From Octopus vulgaris (Eukaryota), in contig OX597820.1 in assembly GCA_951406725.2 (NCBI GenBank), positions 24,180,001 through 24,244,000 on the forward strand: a DNA stretch of 64,000 nt, given 5' to 3'. The position numbers were made by a program, and so were the translations under genes. Shown piece by piece: positions 28,685 to 43,327 of this stretch; within the stretch, counting starts at the first letter, position 1, and the number at the start of each line of letters is the position of its first letter. Below the pieces are notes generated by a model. The model did not search any database and was not told the origin of the DNA. It was given only the letters and a program-made list of their open reading frames with translations.

Positions 28685-28843
28685 CATGTTTTCCGCTTTT
28701 TGTGGCGTATGTATTTGTATTAGAGCAACGTAAAAATGAAGTATTTTGCTCAAAAACACAACACATTACCCGATCCACGAATCGAAACCACAGTCTCACG
28801 ATCACGAGTCCAACTCCCCTAACCAGAAAGCCACGCGCCTCCA
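28685..28843 (-). mobile_element. SINE family C
   Basis: Minus strand GGAGGCGCGTGGCTTTCTGGTT..GGTTTCGATTCG..TTTGAGCAAAATACTT. Confidence 0.75.
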
Positions 28844-28897
28844 TACTGAAGCTAATAATTATGCTATATATCAAGTTTTAATGATATCATACACGCA

Positions 28898-28946
<49 letters not shown>

Positions 28947-28948
<2 letters not shown>

Positions 28949-29157
28949 CGGGAAGCTTTATGAAAATAAACAAAAGACGAAGGCAGGTGGAGTACAAACA
29001 AACAATTGTATTAGTATGGCGCTCAGGAATATAAATAAAACAAGTCTTTTACGTTTCGAGCCTACGCTCTTCAACAGAAAGATACACAGAAAAGAAACAC
29101 GGAGAGAAACAAGGAGAGAAAAAAATGCGTGCAGAAGCTATTGATTCAACATGGCGA
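28947..29157 (-). mobile_element. Short hammerhead-bearing repeat inserted in (TA)n
   Basis: Discrete ~210-bp block flanked on both sides by (TA)n; shares CCTGAGCG-CCA downstream of the hammerhead with the 33020 element. Confidence 0.7.
29045..29082 (-). ncRNA. Minimal type-I hammerhead motif (A6U core variant)
   Basis: TCTTT-CTGTTGA-A-GAGC-GTAG-GCTC-GAAA-CG-TA-AAAGA. Confidence 0.7.
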
Positions 29158-29603
29158 TATATATATATATGTTAACGGGAAATATTTTGAATATGCAAAT
29201 AAAGCTCCTATTCTATTATGCTGGCCACTGTCTAATGATGCTGACTGGTGAACTATATTTAGGGGCTACATCGATCTGTACCGATATATAGGATAAATAT
29301 AGTAATAATAACGACAATAATCCTTGCCACTCGGTGGGACTGAAGCCTAGAACAACATATGTAGAATAAATTCTAAAGATTTAGAATACAAATTCTGTTG
29401 TGATTTTCATAGTTCAATCTTACTTCCTGATTAAACTGTTAGTTAATCTCATCCAAATTAATTACGTAAGTTTATATTTAATTGCTTAATCATATAGGTG
29501 ATAATGTTTGTATTCTAACAGAGGAACCATTCTAATGCTTAGTCTGAAATTATGAAATATCTGTGAAATTGTTGCTTTTCATTATAAAAACACACACATA
29601 CAT

Positions 29604-30430
<827 letters not shown>

Positions 30431-30808
30431 AAGAGAAGAAACACACGCACACACATATATGCATACATCTGTTAAACACTCATATATGTTAAAAGAACCA
30501 GTATAGAAGAGTCAGAGGTTTGTGATGTGTCTGTGCCGTAGCGTCAACTGAACAATTTAACTATTTCATCATTTCGGTTTTTTTCTTATTCTATACACAA
30601 ACGAATAAAATTTTTATAGACATATTCAGTCAAAAATAAAATAAGGAAAACCACCTATACGTATGTATGATATTCTCAGATATTGCTAGTGAATAGTCAT
30701 AAATATGTGTATATATTATATACCCAAGCATAAATAAGTATTATATTTCTGTATGCATACATAGAATGTTCATTTATATGTATGCATATAAGTATGTATG
30801 TATGTATG

Positions 30809-30841
<33 letters not shown>

Positions 30842-31105
30842 GTATGCATATATATATATGTGTATGTATATGTATATATACATATACATATGTATGTATG
30901 TATATGTATATGCATATATATATATATATATATATATACATACATATATATATACATATATATATACACTTACGTATTATACATATATACATACAAACAC
31001 TCTACCTGTATATATTAATATATTTGATGCGTTTTATATATATAACATATGGTACACACATATACACATACATATAAACACACAAACACGCTCACACATA
31101 TATAC

Positions 31106-31162
<57 letters not shown>

Positions 31163-31620
31163 TGTATGTATATATAAATATATATACATACATACTCACA
31201 CATATATGTGTGAGTATGTATGAATGTATGTATGTATGTATGTATGAATGTATGTATGTATGTATGCCTGTGTGTGTTTGTGTTTGTGTGCGTGTGTGTA
31301 TGCGTGTATAGACATCTTGGTTGATACATTAAACCGAGTTGCAATCAAGTCATCCAGTGATACCAATAGAAGTCAATTTAGGTATACACCGCGGCTTTCT
31401 TTTTCAGCAGAATAGGCAAACTCATTTGGAATAAACCTTGCCAATCATTTCTTAATTAACCAATTCATGTACAGAAAAATCTATCTATAGCGCAGTTAAA
31501 TATGTAACTGACCTCTGGTCCAATAAAACTGCTTCTTTTGTCCACTTATAAAGCTAGACGTCAAAAATCTATGTTGCTGATATGATTTCGCTTTTCCAAT
31601 TTAGCATCTTTATGCGGTCG

Positions 31621-31673
<53 letters not shown>

Positions 31674-31813
31674 CACACTCACACACAAAGACAAACTACA
31701 CACACAAACAAACTACATATTGGCACAATTTAAATATACTGACACACATCAACATTCTTCTCTCTCTCAATGGATACATACATATATATATGCATATACA
31801 TACATACACATAC

Positions 31814-31848
<35 letters not shown>

Positions 31849-31885
31849 TGTATGTATGTATGTATGTATATGTATATATATGTAT

Positions 31886-31949
<64 letters not shown>

Positions 31950-32335
31950 GTTAGATAGACAGACTGATAGATCGATATGAATATATTAATATTTATACAC
32001 GTACATACGCAAGCACAGACAAACACACACACACACATATATATATACTTACTCAAAGCAAATATATACACACAAGCATAAATATTCTCATATAACTTAT
32101 CTGTATCTGACACATCATACATAAATATTCTCACAGAAAATCACACAAACACTCGTATATATGTATGCGCGCTCGCTTTTGTTCGGTTATTTGCATCTCC
32201 ATGTGTGTATGTGTGTCTGTAAGTTCACATTTCATGTGTTCGAACATATGGTATTAGTTTGTTAATGTAAAGAAAATATCCAGCGAACCGATGCACAGTA
32301 TTTCTCCTGGACCCCGTCGTCTTAGTCTGTATGCA

Positions 32336-32433
<98 letters not shown>

Positions 32434-32581
32434 ATTGAGTAGTTGAATGAATTATCTTATTATGGATAATTCGGTTAACCGATACCTGGGTAGCAAATTT
32501 ACGTCAGAAAAACACGGTTGAAGCTACATGCCTAGGGCAGAGATCACGTGCTATCGTGTGGAAATTTGTGTGTTTTTTTAA

Positions 32582-32977
<396 letters not shown>

Positions 32978-33019
32978 ATGTATGTATGTATGTATATAAA
33001 GTTAATCCAAATAATAAAG

Positions 33020-33201
33020 CACAAAAAACACAACAACGCGAGGACATGGAACAAATATAGTATTATTGGACGCTCAGGAAAGAAGGAAAGAAGGAGGGCT
33101 TAACGTTTCGGGCGGAGCTCTTCGTCGGAAACATAGGAGAAGGAAAGATCCAGAGAAGGGAAGACAGAGGAAAAAATCGCCAACCGTACACACGCGGTCA
33201 C
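33020..33201 (-). mobile_element. Hammerhead-bearing repeat, sister of 592-770
   Basis: Reverse-complement similarity along its length. Confidence 0.75.
33098..33132 (-). ncRNA. Minimal type-I hammerhead motif (U4C core variant)
   Basis: GTTT-CCGACGA-A-GAGC-TCC-GCCC-GAAA-CG-TT-AAGC. Confidence 0.65.
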
Positions 33202-33220
33202 ACATACGCGCGTGTGTGTG

Positions 33221-33431
33221 AACTCTAAAGTTCATGGCATTAAGGGTTTCGCGAGTGGCCTGGTTGGCGGTCCAACCATCAGATTTCTTTTAAAGGGCTT
33301 GGAAAAAAACTACAGGATCGCTGCAATAAGTGAATGAATCTGAGAGGGGAATATGTTGAATAAAATCACAATTAACTGATCCTCCTGTATTTTCTTTTAC
33401 CTAAAGTCAGGAACTTTGCAGCAACCCTTCG
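33221..33431 (+). mobile_element. Mariner-derived MITE; second copy at 52436-52642 in the opposite orientation
   Basis: Contains the degenerate transposase C-terminus LQDRCNK*MNLRGEYVE* and right TIR AACTTTGCAGCAACCCTTCG. Confidence 0.7.
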
Positions 33432-33584
33432 TGTATGTATGTGTGTGTGCATATTTATGTATGTATAAGATAAACTTACTTGGAAATTGATGGGTGGCGT
33501 TCAATCAAATAGTAATATAATTAATACATATGCTTATATATATATATTGTTATATTTCGGAATGGTCATTTTGCATATATATAT

Positions 33585-33659
<75 letters not shown>

Positions 33660-33664
<5 letters not shown>

Positions 33665-34030
33665 GCATATATGTGTACAGGATGTCCCCAACAGTGAACA
33701 ACATGAAATGCGAAAACAAATGGGTTCAATACGCAAACAGCGGGAGAACAAATGGATAACAGAACAAGTGACGCAAAGAACGACCGTTCATCAGTTGTCG
33801 GCTGTCTATCTACTCCACATTTCGAGCATTGAACGACAATCCTCAGGGTGCATGTCATATGGCTGGTTGGTTGGGGCCGAGTGGAGCCACAGCACGAGGA
33901 GTAGATACACAGACGACAACTGATGAACGGTCGTTCTTTGTGTTACTTGTTCTGTTTTCCATTTGTTGCTCTCGTTGTTTTCGTATTTCATGTTGTTTAC
34001 TGTTGACGTCCTGTACCCATATATGCATGC
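33660..34030. repeat. Inverted-repeat element with ~130-150-bp arms flanked by (TA)n
   Basis: GTACAGGATGTC..AAAGAACGACCGTTCATCAGTTGTCG..TCTACTCC versus GGAGTAGA..CGACAACTGATGAACGGTCGTTCTTT..GACGTCCTGTAC. Confidence 0.9.
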
Positions 34031-34077
34031 GTATAAATATAAATGTATATATATATATACACACATACATATATATA

Positions 34078-34127
<50 letters not shown>

Positions 34128-34149
34128 CAGAGCGAGCGAGAGAGAGTGA

Positions 34150-34210
<61 letters not shown>

Positions 34211-34870
34211 CAATGGTTGCTCAACTTTATTGTTAATTTATCCACATATTTAGTATCTCCTCCCGACCTATTGAGGAATTGAGAGAATTTAGAATGAGAT
34301 GTCTTGCACTAGACAGTAAGCGCCACCTTTACGGTGGATTACAGATCGCACACACATACTCACAGACATGCTCGCGTGTGCACGTTCACACACTCACACA
34401 TACACTCGCGCACGCACACATATCTAAAACTTCAAACTGAAGAGATTCACCCACATTTCAACTACATCGATAGGCAGCTACTATATGAATATAAACGAAT
34501 TTATTATTCAAACGACAAAGACAAGGAAACTAAATCAATTAAATACAAAGCGCTTATATGATATACTTCATTCCATTAAACTAAAATTTGTGTCACTCGT
34601 GACAAGAATTAAATAATGTTTGACGTTAGGCAAAATAATTGTCTCCCTTATTAACGTCTAATAGAAATTTATCGTTGGCCAGGTCTAAGTTAATACTGTG
34701 AACTGATATAATATGTTATGTCTTTTCAAAGCCATGTGGTTTTATGACCTATTCATGTAAGGGAATTATTGAATGTAATATATCAAGGTATAAGCGGCTT
34801 GTATTCTGGTATTCCTTGAAGAATATATATATATATATATATTTGTACAAACACACATACATACATACAC

Positions 34871-34914
<44 letters not shown>

Positions 34915-34949
34915 GTATGTATATATACATATGCGTATATATATATATG

Positions 34950-34997
<48 letters not shown>

Positions 34998-35058
34998 ATA
35001 TATATATATACACACATATTACTTATATACATATATATATATATATACATATACCCCA

Positions 35059-35113
<55 letters not shown>

Positions 35114-35613
35114 AGAGGCGTGCGGTGACTTCTGAGGTTGGTGATACAATAAATACAATTGGTTGAGCCGAATCATTTTGAAATTATTTAACTAATTGAA
35201 CACATTTAGTTACGTAATATGGCCATGGTTTTAGACCGTTACGTTGTCAAAGACAAATCAGCCGCTTTATCCCGCTAATCTCGGGAAAGTAATTGACCTT
35301 ACCTGGAGAAGCCTGTTCTGATACTTATTGAACTCCGTACATTAAAAGACTACGTCTCGCACACGCGCGTGTCGACATTGAACATATACGCATGTACATA
35401 AACACACACATAATGAAAGACAGCGAAAATTCAACATTGTATGAAAATTCAAAATTGTAAAAACACTAAACAAAAACGCTGCGTCTATGTTCATTTGTTG
35501 GGAGTAGCAAAAACGTGAAATATCGCAACATACAAGGAGGAAAACGAAGAAATGTAAATTGAACTTACCTAATGATGGAAGAAAATTTGAAAGAATGTAA
35601 AAGAAAATTATTA

Positions 35614-36552
35614 TTAGGTTGTTCTGAAAATAATGGCCGCTCTAACTGTTGTGTTTTGAAACGCAATTTTAACATAGTATCTTAATTACGTTTTAGGTGA
35701 ATTTCAACATACTTAATAATTGATGTATGCTCTTTAATAATTTTCTACTTATTTTAGACAGAACACATTCTTGAAGCATAGGCGCTCTTAATTATGAATA
35801 TGACAAAAAAGGATCTTCGCTTAGTTTTCTTGCATGATTTCAAGCACAATGCCTCTCAAGCTGCTGCCAATATCAATAGAGCATGGGGAGAGACGTCCAT
35901 AAGTGATCGCACAGTACGAAGGTGGTTTCAGATAACCGTAACCGATCAGGCTAATGGATTGATCGTGAGTCCTCCAAACATTTCCCAAAACCAAAGTTGC
36001 ATCAACAAAAGATTATGGTGACTGTCTGGTGGTCTGCAATTGGTGTTGTCCATTACAGCTTTCTGAACGCCAATCAGAGCTTTACAGCAGAGGTTTACTG
36101 CAATCAACTCGCTGAAATGCATGCTCACTTACTAAAAATGAGACCTGAATTGGTGAATCGGCATGGCCCAATTCTGCTCCACTATAATGCAAAGCCACAT
36201 GTTGCAAGAATGATGCTGCAGAAACTCACAGACTTGGCATACGAGACTTTACCACATCCTCCATATTCTCCTGATCTTCTACCCACTAACTACCATTTTC
36301 TTAAGCATTTAAACACGTTTTTAAGTGATAAAACTTTCAGGTTGAAACCAACAGTGGAATCAGCTTTCAAAGATTTCTTCGCATCAAAGCCAATAAGTTT
36401 TTATCAACCAGGCATAAATATTCTCGTTGATCGATGGCAGAGATGCATAGATGTTCACGGTTCATACTTTGATTAATCAAAACATTTCTATTGTCAATTT
36501 TTCCAGAATAAAATTGTTTCTGAAATCGTCCATTATTTTCGGGTCAACCTAA
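35614..36552 (+). mobile_element. Mariner DNA transposon (Hsmar1/cecropia-like), internally deleted
   Basis: TA target sites on both sides; TIRs TTAGGTTGTTCTGAAAATAATGG and CCATTATTTTCGGGTCAACCTAA. Confidence 0.92.
35794..36476 (+). pseudogene. Mariner transposase pseudogene
   Basis: N-terminal HTH (AAANINRAWG..SDRTVRRWF) joined directly to KIMVTVWW..LLHYNAKPH..HPPYSPDLLPTNYHF. WVPHEL and the first catalytic Asp are deleted; the other two Asp are Y and N. Confidence 0.9.
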
Positions 36553-36719
36553 TATTTATACAAAAGGAGTTATACATAAACACACACATCTTTCAATGTG
36601 AGTGTGTGTATGTGTTTATACTTATGTGTGTGTGTGTGTGTGTGTTTCAATGTGTGTATGTGCGCGCGTCATTGTCTTAAAATGTAACGTCTTCAGTAAG
36701 TATCAGAAAAGGCTTCTCG

Positions 36720-37030
36720 AATGAGAGACCGGAGAAAATAGTTGTATCTAGATGGCTTGCCAATTTTCCGTCATATTTACTGATTAAATATAAGAGTTCT
36801 TTATAATTTCCACGATTATTAGATTCTTCAGATTCAAAATGACCCCGAAATATTAATTCCTGACGACCTAAAAAAATAACTACATCGATCAATCGGTGCA
36901 GGATTGATCTGTCTCGTCTAACTTCCCCATTACGATGTTGTATGCTCTGTTTTGTAAGTCTATGCGAATATTCCCGAATGTTTTAAGACCTTCAAGGATT
37001 TTATACGCCTTTGAGAACGTTAATGTTTTA
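36720..37030 (-). pseudogene. hAT transposase fragment (ZMYM1-like / DUF4371 region)
   Basis: IDVVIFLGRQELIFRGHFESEESNNRGNYKELL matches the hAT motif FL.KQ.LAFRGH.E....N.GNF.ELL. Confidence 0.85.
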
Positions 37031-37237
37031 GCATAGCCATATGTAAAAGTCTTTTCTTTTTTAAAACTATTTTAAAAAAATTTCTTTTTATACACATTTC
37101 AGTCATTTGGACAAATAGTTCGAAAATCCTAGAGATCTTATGAAAGTGCACGTGTGTATGAGCGTGTGCAAATCAATTTCAACAAAGCAGAAAGATATTT
37201 TTAGTAAATCAACGAAAGATTAACTAACTATGTTATA

Positions 37238-37314
37238 TTTTGCCGAACCGCTAAGTTATGGGGACGGAAACACACCAGCATCGGTTGTCAAGCGATGTTA
37301 GGGGGACAAAAACA

Positions 37315-37353
<39 letters not shown>

Positions 37354-37516
37354 GTAAGACGGGCTTCTTTCAGTTTCCGTCTACCAAGTCTACACACAAG
37401 GCTTTGGTCGGCCCGAGGCTATTGTAGAAGACACTTGCCCAAGGTGCCACACAGTGGGACTGAACCCGGAGGCATGTGGTTCGTAAGCAAGCTATTTACC
37501 ACACAGTCACTCCTAC
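37238..37516 (-). mobile_element. SINE family A, 3'-truncated
   Basis: Reverse complement of head, microsatellite and part of the 3' half. Confidence 0.85.
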
Positions 37517-37828
37517 TTGAATGAACAAGTTAATAGGACATGGGATTTGTAGGTATTGAGTGCATGGTTAGGGGTATGTGGATATATGTTGGGTAGGGCG
37601 TTTGGAATGGGGTATCGGATAATTAATATTAGGAGACATATATATACAATGAATGTATCCGAATCCATTGCACTACAGAAGGGTAGAGGGCCGCAAAGCG
37701 GCTCGATATTGGAGCCGAGGGCCTCAAATGTACCCTCCGCAGGAGCTAGCCGGAATGCCGCCCGAAAAATCGTTGTGAGCAATAAAGTTTCTCGTATGTT
37801 CCGTTTTCTTTTCTATCCCCTTCATTTG

Positions 37829-37832
<4 letters not shown>
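37517..37832 (+). mobile_element. pLTR-like repeat with GC-rich hairpins, related at its 3' end to the 56660 element
   Basis: CGAAAAATCGTTGTGAGCAATAAAG versus CGAAACGATCGTCGTGAGCAATAAA at 56663-56687 (minus). Confidence 0.5.
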
Positions 37833-37892
<60 letters not shown>

Positions 37893-38116
37893 ACGAATTG
37901 TGTTTATAGCACAAAAACAGAAAGAGAACGTCGTTAAGTTGAGAGAATAAAGGAAGGAAATTATCGCTTTCAGCTAACAGAAATATAAAATAGCTTCTAT
38001 GTTATAAACTGCTGTTTAGTTCTTGCTACTTTTAACTATTCTTACGAAGAAAGATTTCTCATTTATAACCACGCACATGCCACACATATATACTTATACT
38101 TGCATGCATACACTAA

Positions 38117-38151
<35 letters not shown>

Positions 38152-38288
38152 ATATACACACATAGATACACACGCATACACACAGGCATATACATTTATA
38201 TATATTTAGATATATACACCCACGCACACGGCACACCTGTATACTTATACTTACATACACTAACCTCTCTCTCTCCCACACATATATT

Positions 38289-38342
<54 letters not shown>

Positions 38343-38520
38343 CATATGTGTACATGTGTGTGTGTGTGTGCGTGTAATTCGAAACCACATCGTATAGTAG
38401 CCACTTGAACACAATAGAGACTTGACAACTCTTCAAAAGGAAAGTTAACGCAGTTATCACACCGGCCAGAGAAGGCATGCGAAAGCTATGGATACCGCAT
38501 TTTCCTGCTGACCAATCCAA

Positions 38521-38571
<51 letters not shown>

Positions 38572-39566
38572 CACTACTACTAGTAGTAGTAGTATGAAAA
38601 CGAAGACGAAGAAAACAGGATCATACATAATGGCCGCCTACATCGTGTTTGCTTGATGTTCATTGTCTGTTCTTCGTTTACGATTAAAGTGCTAGAGTGT
38701 TCTTGGAGAAAACCAGAGTGTTCTTGAAGAAACTTTGTTTATTCTTGAAGTATCCTTTAAGTACCCTTCGACAAGACGAATCCTGCCTGTCTTTCGTCAT
38801 TGTATAAATCAAAGAGCGGAAGTGCTAAGATTTAATTTGTTCAGATCAACTATTACATACCAACTGTTATAAATAGAGCTTTTGTCTACATTTAAACTGT
38901 TTGAGTATCCTTGGAGAAAGTTTATGTATCCTTAAACTAAATAATATACCTTGCCTATCCTTTTGAGAAGTTAAACTTGCCATCGTTTTATTCATGCATT
39001 ATTACAAAGCAGAAATTTCTATGAATTCATTGCAAATATGTGTGCCGTAACTAATGTAATGCTCAAGGTGCCAGGCAATGTGTTCAAGGGTTCAATCCCA
39101 CAGCGAGTCATTTTGAGCATGTGCTTTCTTTGTTCGAGTTTGCCGTATACCTTGTGAGAAAAATTCGGTAGACGCATTTCAAACGCTTCTTACTATTTTT
39201 GTGCAATGTTGTGTCAGATGTTTTTGTCTGGGGACTTCCGCACCCTAATAAGAGACGAATGTTGCATACTCAACTACAATGATGCTATTCGCAAAGACTC
39301 ACAACAGGAAACTGAGAACCTGCCTAAGCTTATGAGGAAGAGAAATTCCAGATGCTCATGGGGGAAAATGTTTCTTGGTTGTTGCCTCTAGGAGATATCT
39401 AGCTGTCTGTCTGCGTGTCTTTCTCTCGGTCTATTTGTGTATCTACCTATATATGTATACATAAGTAGTTATATATGTATGCATGTGCATGTATGTATGT
39501 ATATATATGTATGTATATATGTATGGATGTATATATGTATGCATACAGGCATGCATGTATGTATTC

Positions 39567-39638
<72 letters not shown>

Positions 39639-39781
39639 GTCTGTTTGTCTATCTGTCTGCTTGTCTGCCTGCCTGCCTGTCTGTCCGTCTGTCTGTCTGT
39701 TTATCTGTCTATCTATCTACCTATCTATCTAACTATCTATCTATCTACCTACATATCTATCTGTCTGTCTGTCTGTCTATC

Positions 39782-39943
39782 TGATACACGATCCCTTTTG
39801 ATCGCTTTTTTTCCCGATCCCTTTTGATCGGAATTTTACATTTGTTCCCTTTTTTTCCCTTTTCTTTTCCATTTTCGAAAAGAAAAGCTCTACATTTGTA
39901 TTTGTCCCCTCTGTGTTCAGCCCTGTGTGGCCAATAAAGAAAG

Positions 39944-39944
<1 letters not shown>
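39782..39944 (+). mobile_element. 3'-UTR-only copy of the Tx1-like LINE, within (TATC)/(TGTC)n
   Basis: TGATACACGATCCCT..AAGAAAAGCTCTAC..CAGCCCTGTGTGGCCAATAAAGAAAGT|TATCTATC matches 46800-47127. Confidence 0.88.
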
Positions 39945-40019
<75 letters not shown>

Positions 40020-40156
40020 TTAACCAGGGGCGTATTAAACCTAACACCCTAAACGCAAGTGTGCCTTCTCCTAGTTCTTTGTCTGGGTCTATTTAGCTGC
40101 GCCAGTTTCGTCATACACACCTACGTTTCGTAAAATTTACTACGACACAGAACTTG

Positions 40157-40157
40157 T

Positions 40158-40195
<38 letters not shown>

Positions 40196-40259
40196 GCTAC
40201 TACTACTACTACTACGCTAGTGGTAGGTTAGTAAAAACAGTTAAGCGTTGGTTGTCATT

Positions 40260-40317
<58 letters not shown>

Positions 40318-40355
40318 GCTAGTGGTAGGTCAGTAAAAATAGTAAAGCGTTGGTT
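40157..40355. repeat. Tandem duplication of (TAC)n plus a 40-bp unique segment
   Basis: ACGCTAGTGGTAGGT.AGTAAAAA.AGT.AAGCGTTGGTT occurs twice. Confidence 0.85.
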
Positions 40356-40699
40356 TGAAATTTTTGGCCTGGTACTGATATGAAGAACACTCCATCATCG
40401 TCGTCTTCATCGTCTTTGTCGTTGCCGTCGTCGTCATAGCATCATCATTATTATTTTTGCCATAAAGACACAATGTTCAATGCAGACAAAACACATTTGT
40501 ATTGACTTTTCCTTATTTTTCCATTGTCTTTTCCTTCTTTTATTGTCCAACTTCAGTAAGAATATCTACCAGACGCTAATCACATCTCTTGCACAAACGA
40601 TTGAGAAATTGATTGATAAACACTATAAAATGTAACGATGATCGATCACAACTGAATAAATTGATAATAAAAAAAAAAAAATAATGATTATGATGATGG

Positions 40700-40893
40700 T
40701 TTCAAATTTTGCACAAGGGCAGCAGTTTTTGGGGGAGGGGATGAGTCAATTACATCGACCCCAGTACTTGACTGATACCTGATTTACCGACCCCGAAAAA
40801 TAAAAGACAAAGTCGACCATCGTGGAATTTGAACTCAAGACACAAAGACAGACGAAATGCTGCTAAGCATTTCGCCCGACGTGTTAACGATTC
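40700..40893 (-). mobile_element. SINE family D
   Basis: Reverse complement of the family D head and GTCGACTTTG..TCGGGGTCG body. Confidence 0.75.
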
Positions 40894-40918
40894 TAATGAT
40901 AATAATAATAATAATAAC

Positions 40919-40971
<53 letters not shown>

Positions 40972-40978
40972 TAATAAA

Positions 40979-41533
40979 TACCCTGATGCAGTACCAGGCA
41001 GTGGCTCTCATGGCTTCTGATCTTAACTGATTGGAAGTGTTATCATGTACATTGTTTTGTCTTGGTATAAAAGATGGGCTACAGCAAATATTCTGCTCAA
41101 TACCACTGATTTGCTTGTCAGTTGTTTGACCTTAACCAGTTGAGCATGTCCCTTAGTGGCTGACGATATGTGCATCTCTGATCACGAGCAGAAGTAGTGG
41201 GGGAGCATCATAGCCATGTGTTGAGAAGGATTCTTTGGGGTTTGAATAATTCACCTCTGGAAACATGGGTGTTTCGTTCAACGTCCTTAAACAACCCTTA
41301 TTCAGGGACCTTTTGAGCGGGATGGGTTACTCGATCTGAAGAAAATTCTAACTGGGCTCCACCTGCAAGGTCATGCGTTGTTTATCTTGATATGAGATCA
41401 CCATGTCGCGCACATATGGTTGTGATGCATTTACCTGGTGTACCCTTATCAGACGGGTAGTCATGATGGGTATACTGGGCTTCGTATATTTTACCCCAGT
41501 GTCACTTTGATGGCATGCTCTGCTCGCTCACTC
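40979..41533 (+). mobile_element. ~555-bp non-coding insertion inside (AAT)n; possible R4/Dong LINE 3' UTR
   Basis: Higher-GC block flanked on both sides by (AAT)n; no ORF. The family call is inferred only from the target repeat. Confidence 0.45.
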
Positions 41534-41577
41534 AATAATAATAATAATGATAATAATAATAATAATAAATAACCCAG

Positions 41578-41925
41578 TCTACTATAGGCATAAGGTGTGG
41601 AATTTAGGGGAAGGAATTACGACCCCGAAAGGATGAACGGCAAAATCGACCGCGGTGGAATTTGAAATCAGAACATAAAACTGGAACAAATGCTGCGATG
41701 CTCGCCGCCTTAATAATAATGATTCCAAATTTTGGCACAAGGCTAGGAATTTCAGGGGCGGGGTAAGTCGATTACATCAACCCCACCACAATACACAACT
41801 GGCGCTTATTTTATCGACCCCCAAAAGCATGAAAGGGGAAAGTCGACCTCGGTGGAATTTGAACTCCTCAAAGTTTGGTCAAAGGCTAGCAATTTCAGGG
41901 GAACGATTCTGCCAGTTGCTACCTA
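41578..41925 (-). mobile_element. Cluster of partial SINE family D copies
   Basis: Repeated CGACCCC.AAAG.ATGAA.GG.AAA.TCGACC.CGGTGGAATTTGAA. Confidence 0.7.
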
Positions 41926-42319
41926 TATAATAATGCTGTGCTAATTCGTTATTAGAAACGAAAACAGTACTACTTCCAAAGAGGAATCTATTTATCATAC
42001 ATAAGGCAGGTATATCGTTGAAAGCCTGCTAAACTGCTGATATCGTCTCGAGAAAGTCTCTCTTGTAGAGGTACACTGTTAAAAAAGCAAAGAAGGAAAA
42101 ACTAATATATCACTTATTGAATAAGAATGAATGCGAGAGAGATAGAGAAACAGAGTGAAAAAAAGGGAGAAAAGATAGAGAGGGAGAGAGACAGAGGGGG
42201 AAAGAGAGAGTGAGACACACACATACACACAGATACAGAATGAATAATAGGATTTATGGGGTTATGTTAACAGTAACATAGGGTGTTGTAATATAGATAA
42301 TATATTGATTTCGGTGGAG

Positions 42320-42490
42320 ATTTAATCGATCGCATCGACCTCAGCGATAAACTGGTATTTTTTTTATCGATCCCGTAGAACGAATTGCAAAGTCGACCTC
42401 GGCATAATTTGAATTTAGAACGCGAAGATGGACGAAATGCTGTTTAAACGTTTCGCCCGGTATGCTAACGATTCTACCAGCACGCCGTCT
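42320..42490 (-). mobile_element. SINE family D
   Basis: Minus strand starts GACGGCGTGCTGGTAGAATCGTTAGC. Confidence 0.75.
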
Positions 42491-42530
42491 TAAGGTGCAG
42501 ATTGATAATAATGAAGTGATAGTGTTGTTA

Positions 42531-42853
42531 AGGCGTGTGACTTAGTGGTTAGGGGTAATCGGCTCTCGAACGTTAGGTCGTGAGTTCGATTCCCAGTAAC
42601 GGTTTGTGTCCTTGAGCAAGACACTTTATTCCACGTTGCTATAGTCCACTCAACTGGCAAAAATGAGCTGTACCTGTAATTCAAAGGGCCGGCCTTGTCG
42701 CATTTTGTGTCACACTGAATCTCTCTGAGAACTAGGTCAAGAGAACGCGTGTCTGTGGAACACTCAGCCACTTGCACGTTAATTTCACGAGTAAGCTGTT
42801 CCGTTAATCGGATCAACTGGAACCCTTGTCGTCGTAACAGGCAGGGTGCCAGG
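42531..42853 (+). mobile_element. SINE family C (second body type; sister at 57665-57975, minus)
   Basis: GGCGTGTGACTTAGTGGTT..GAGTTCGATTCCC..CCTTGAGCAAGACACTT..CACTCAGCCACTTGCACG. Confidence 0.85.
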
Positions 42854-43074
42854 TAGTGTTGTTACATCACCTGTCATGGGTACCCACGATTGGGCGAGGA
42901 TTTGAGCACCTCTGCGTCATGCTACTCACACTGTATGGTTAGCACAGGTGAACGGTCGATAAAAATCGATCGTCATAAAAATCGATTCTTAATTTATCGA
43001 CTCAGCAATGATGAGAAACAGAGTTTATCTTGGCGGAATTTAAATTAAAAATAAAGAATTTTCCATCTTTTAAC

Positions 43075-43285
43075 TTTTATCTTTTACTTCTTTCAGTCAC
43101 TAGACTGCGGCCATGCTGCAGCACTGGATCGACCCCAGTACATATCTTTCTTGTTAAGCCCGTTATGTATTCTATCGGTTTGTTTCTACCGAACGGCTAG
43201 ACGACGAGGACATAAACACACCAACACCGGTTGTCAAGCGGTGGTGGTGGACGAACACAGATTCCTACACATATATACGACGGTA
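43075..43285 (-). mobile_element. SINE family A, 3' half
   Basis: TTTCAGTCACTAGACTGCGGCCATGCTG on the plus strand. Confidence 0.75.
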
Positions 43286-43327
43286 ACTGAAAAAAAAAAT
43301 CAATAAATATACTATAAATGATATTCG

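Noticed and set aside
35217-35306. Possible decayed hammerhead with CCATGG stem III (minus); similar weak cases near 30075-30120, 13850-13870 and 59190-59240
   Set aside because: Both core boxes need several substitutions.
38395-38520. LFKRKVN-like string before (TAC)n as a LINE 3' end
   Set aside because: Too short to classify.
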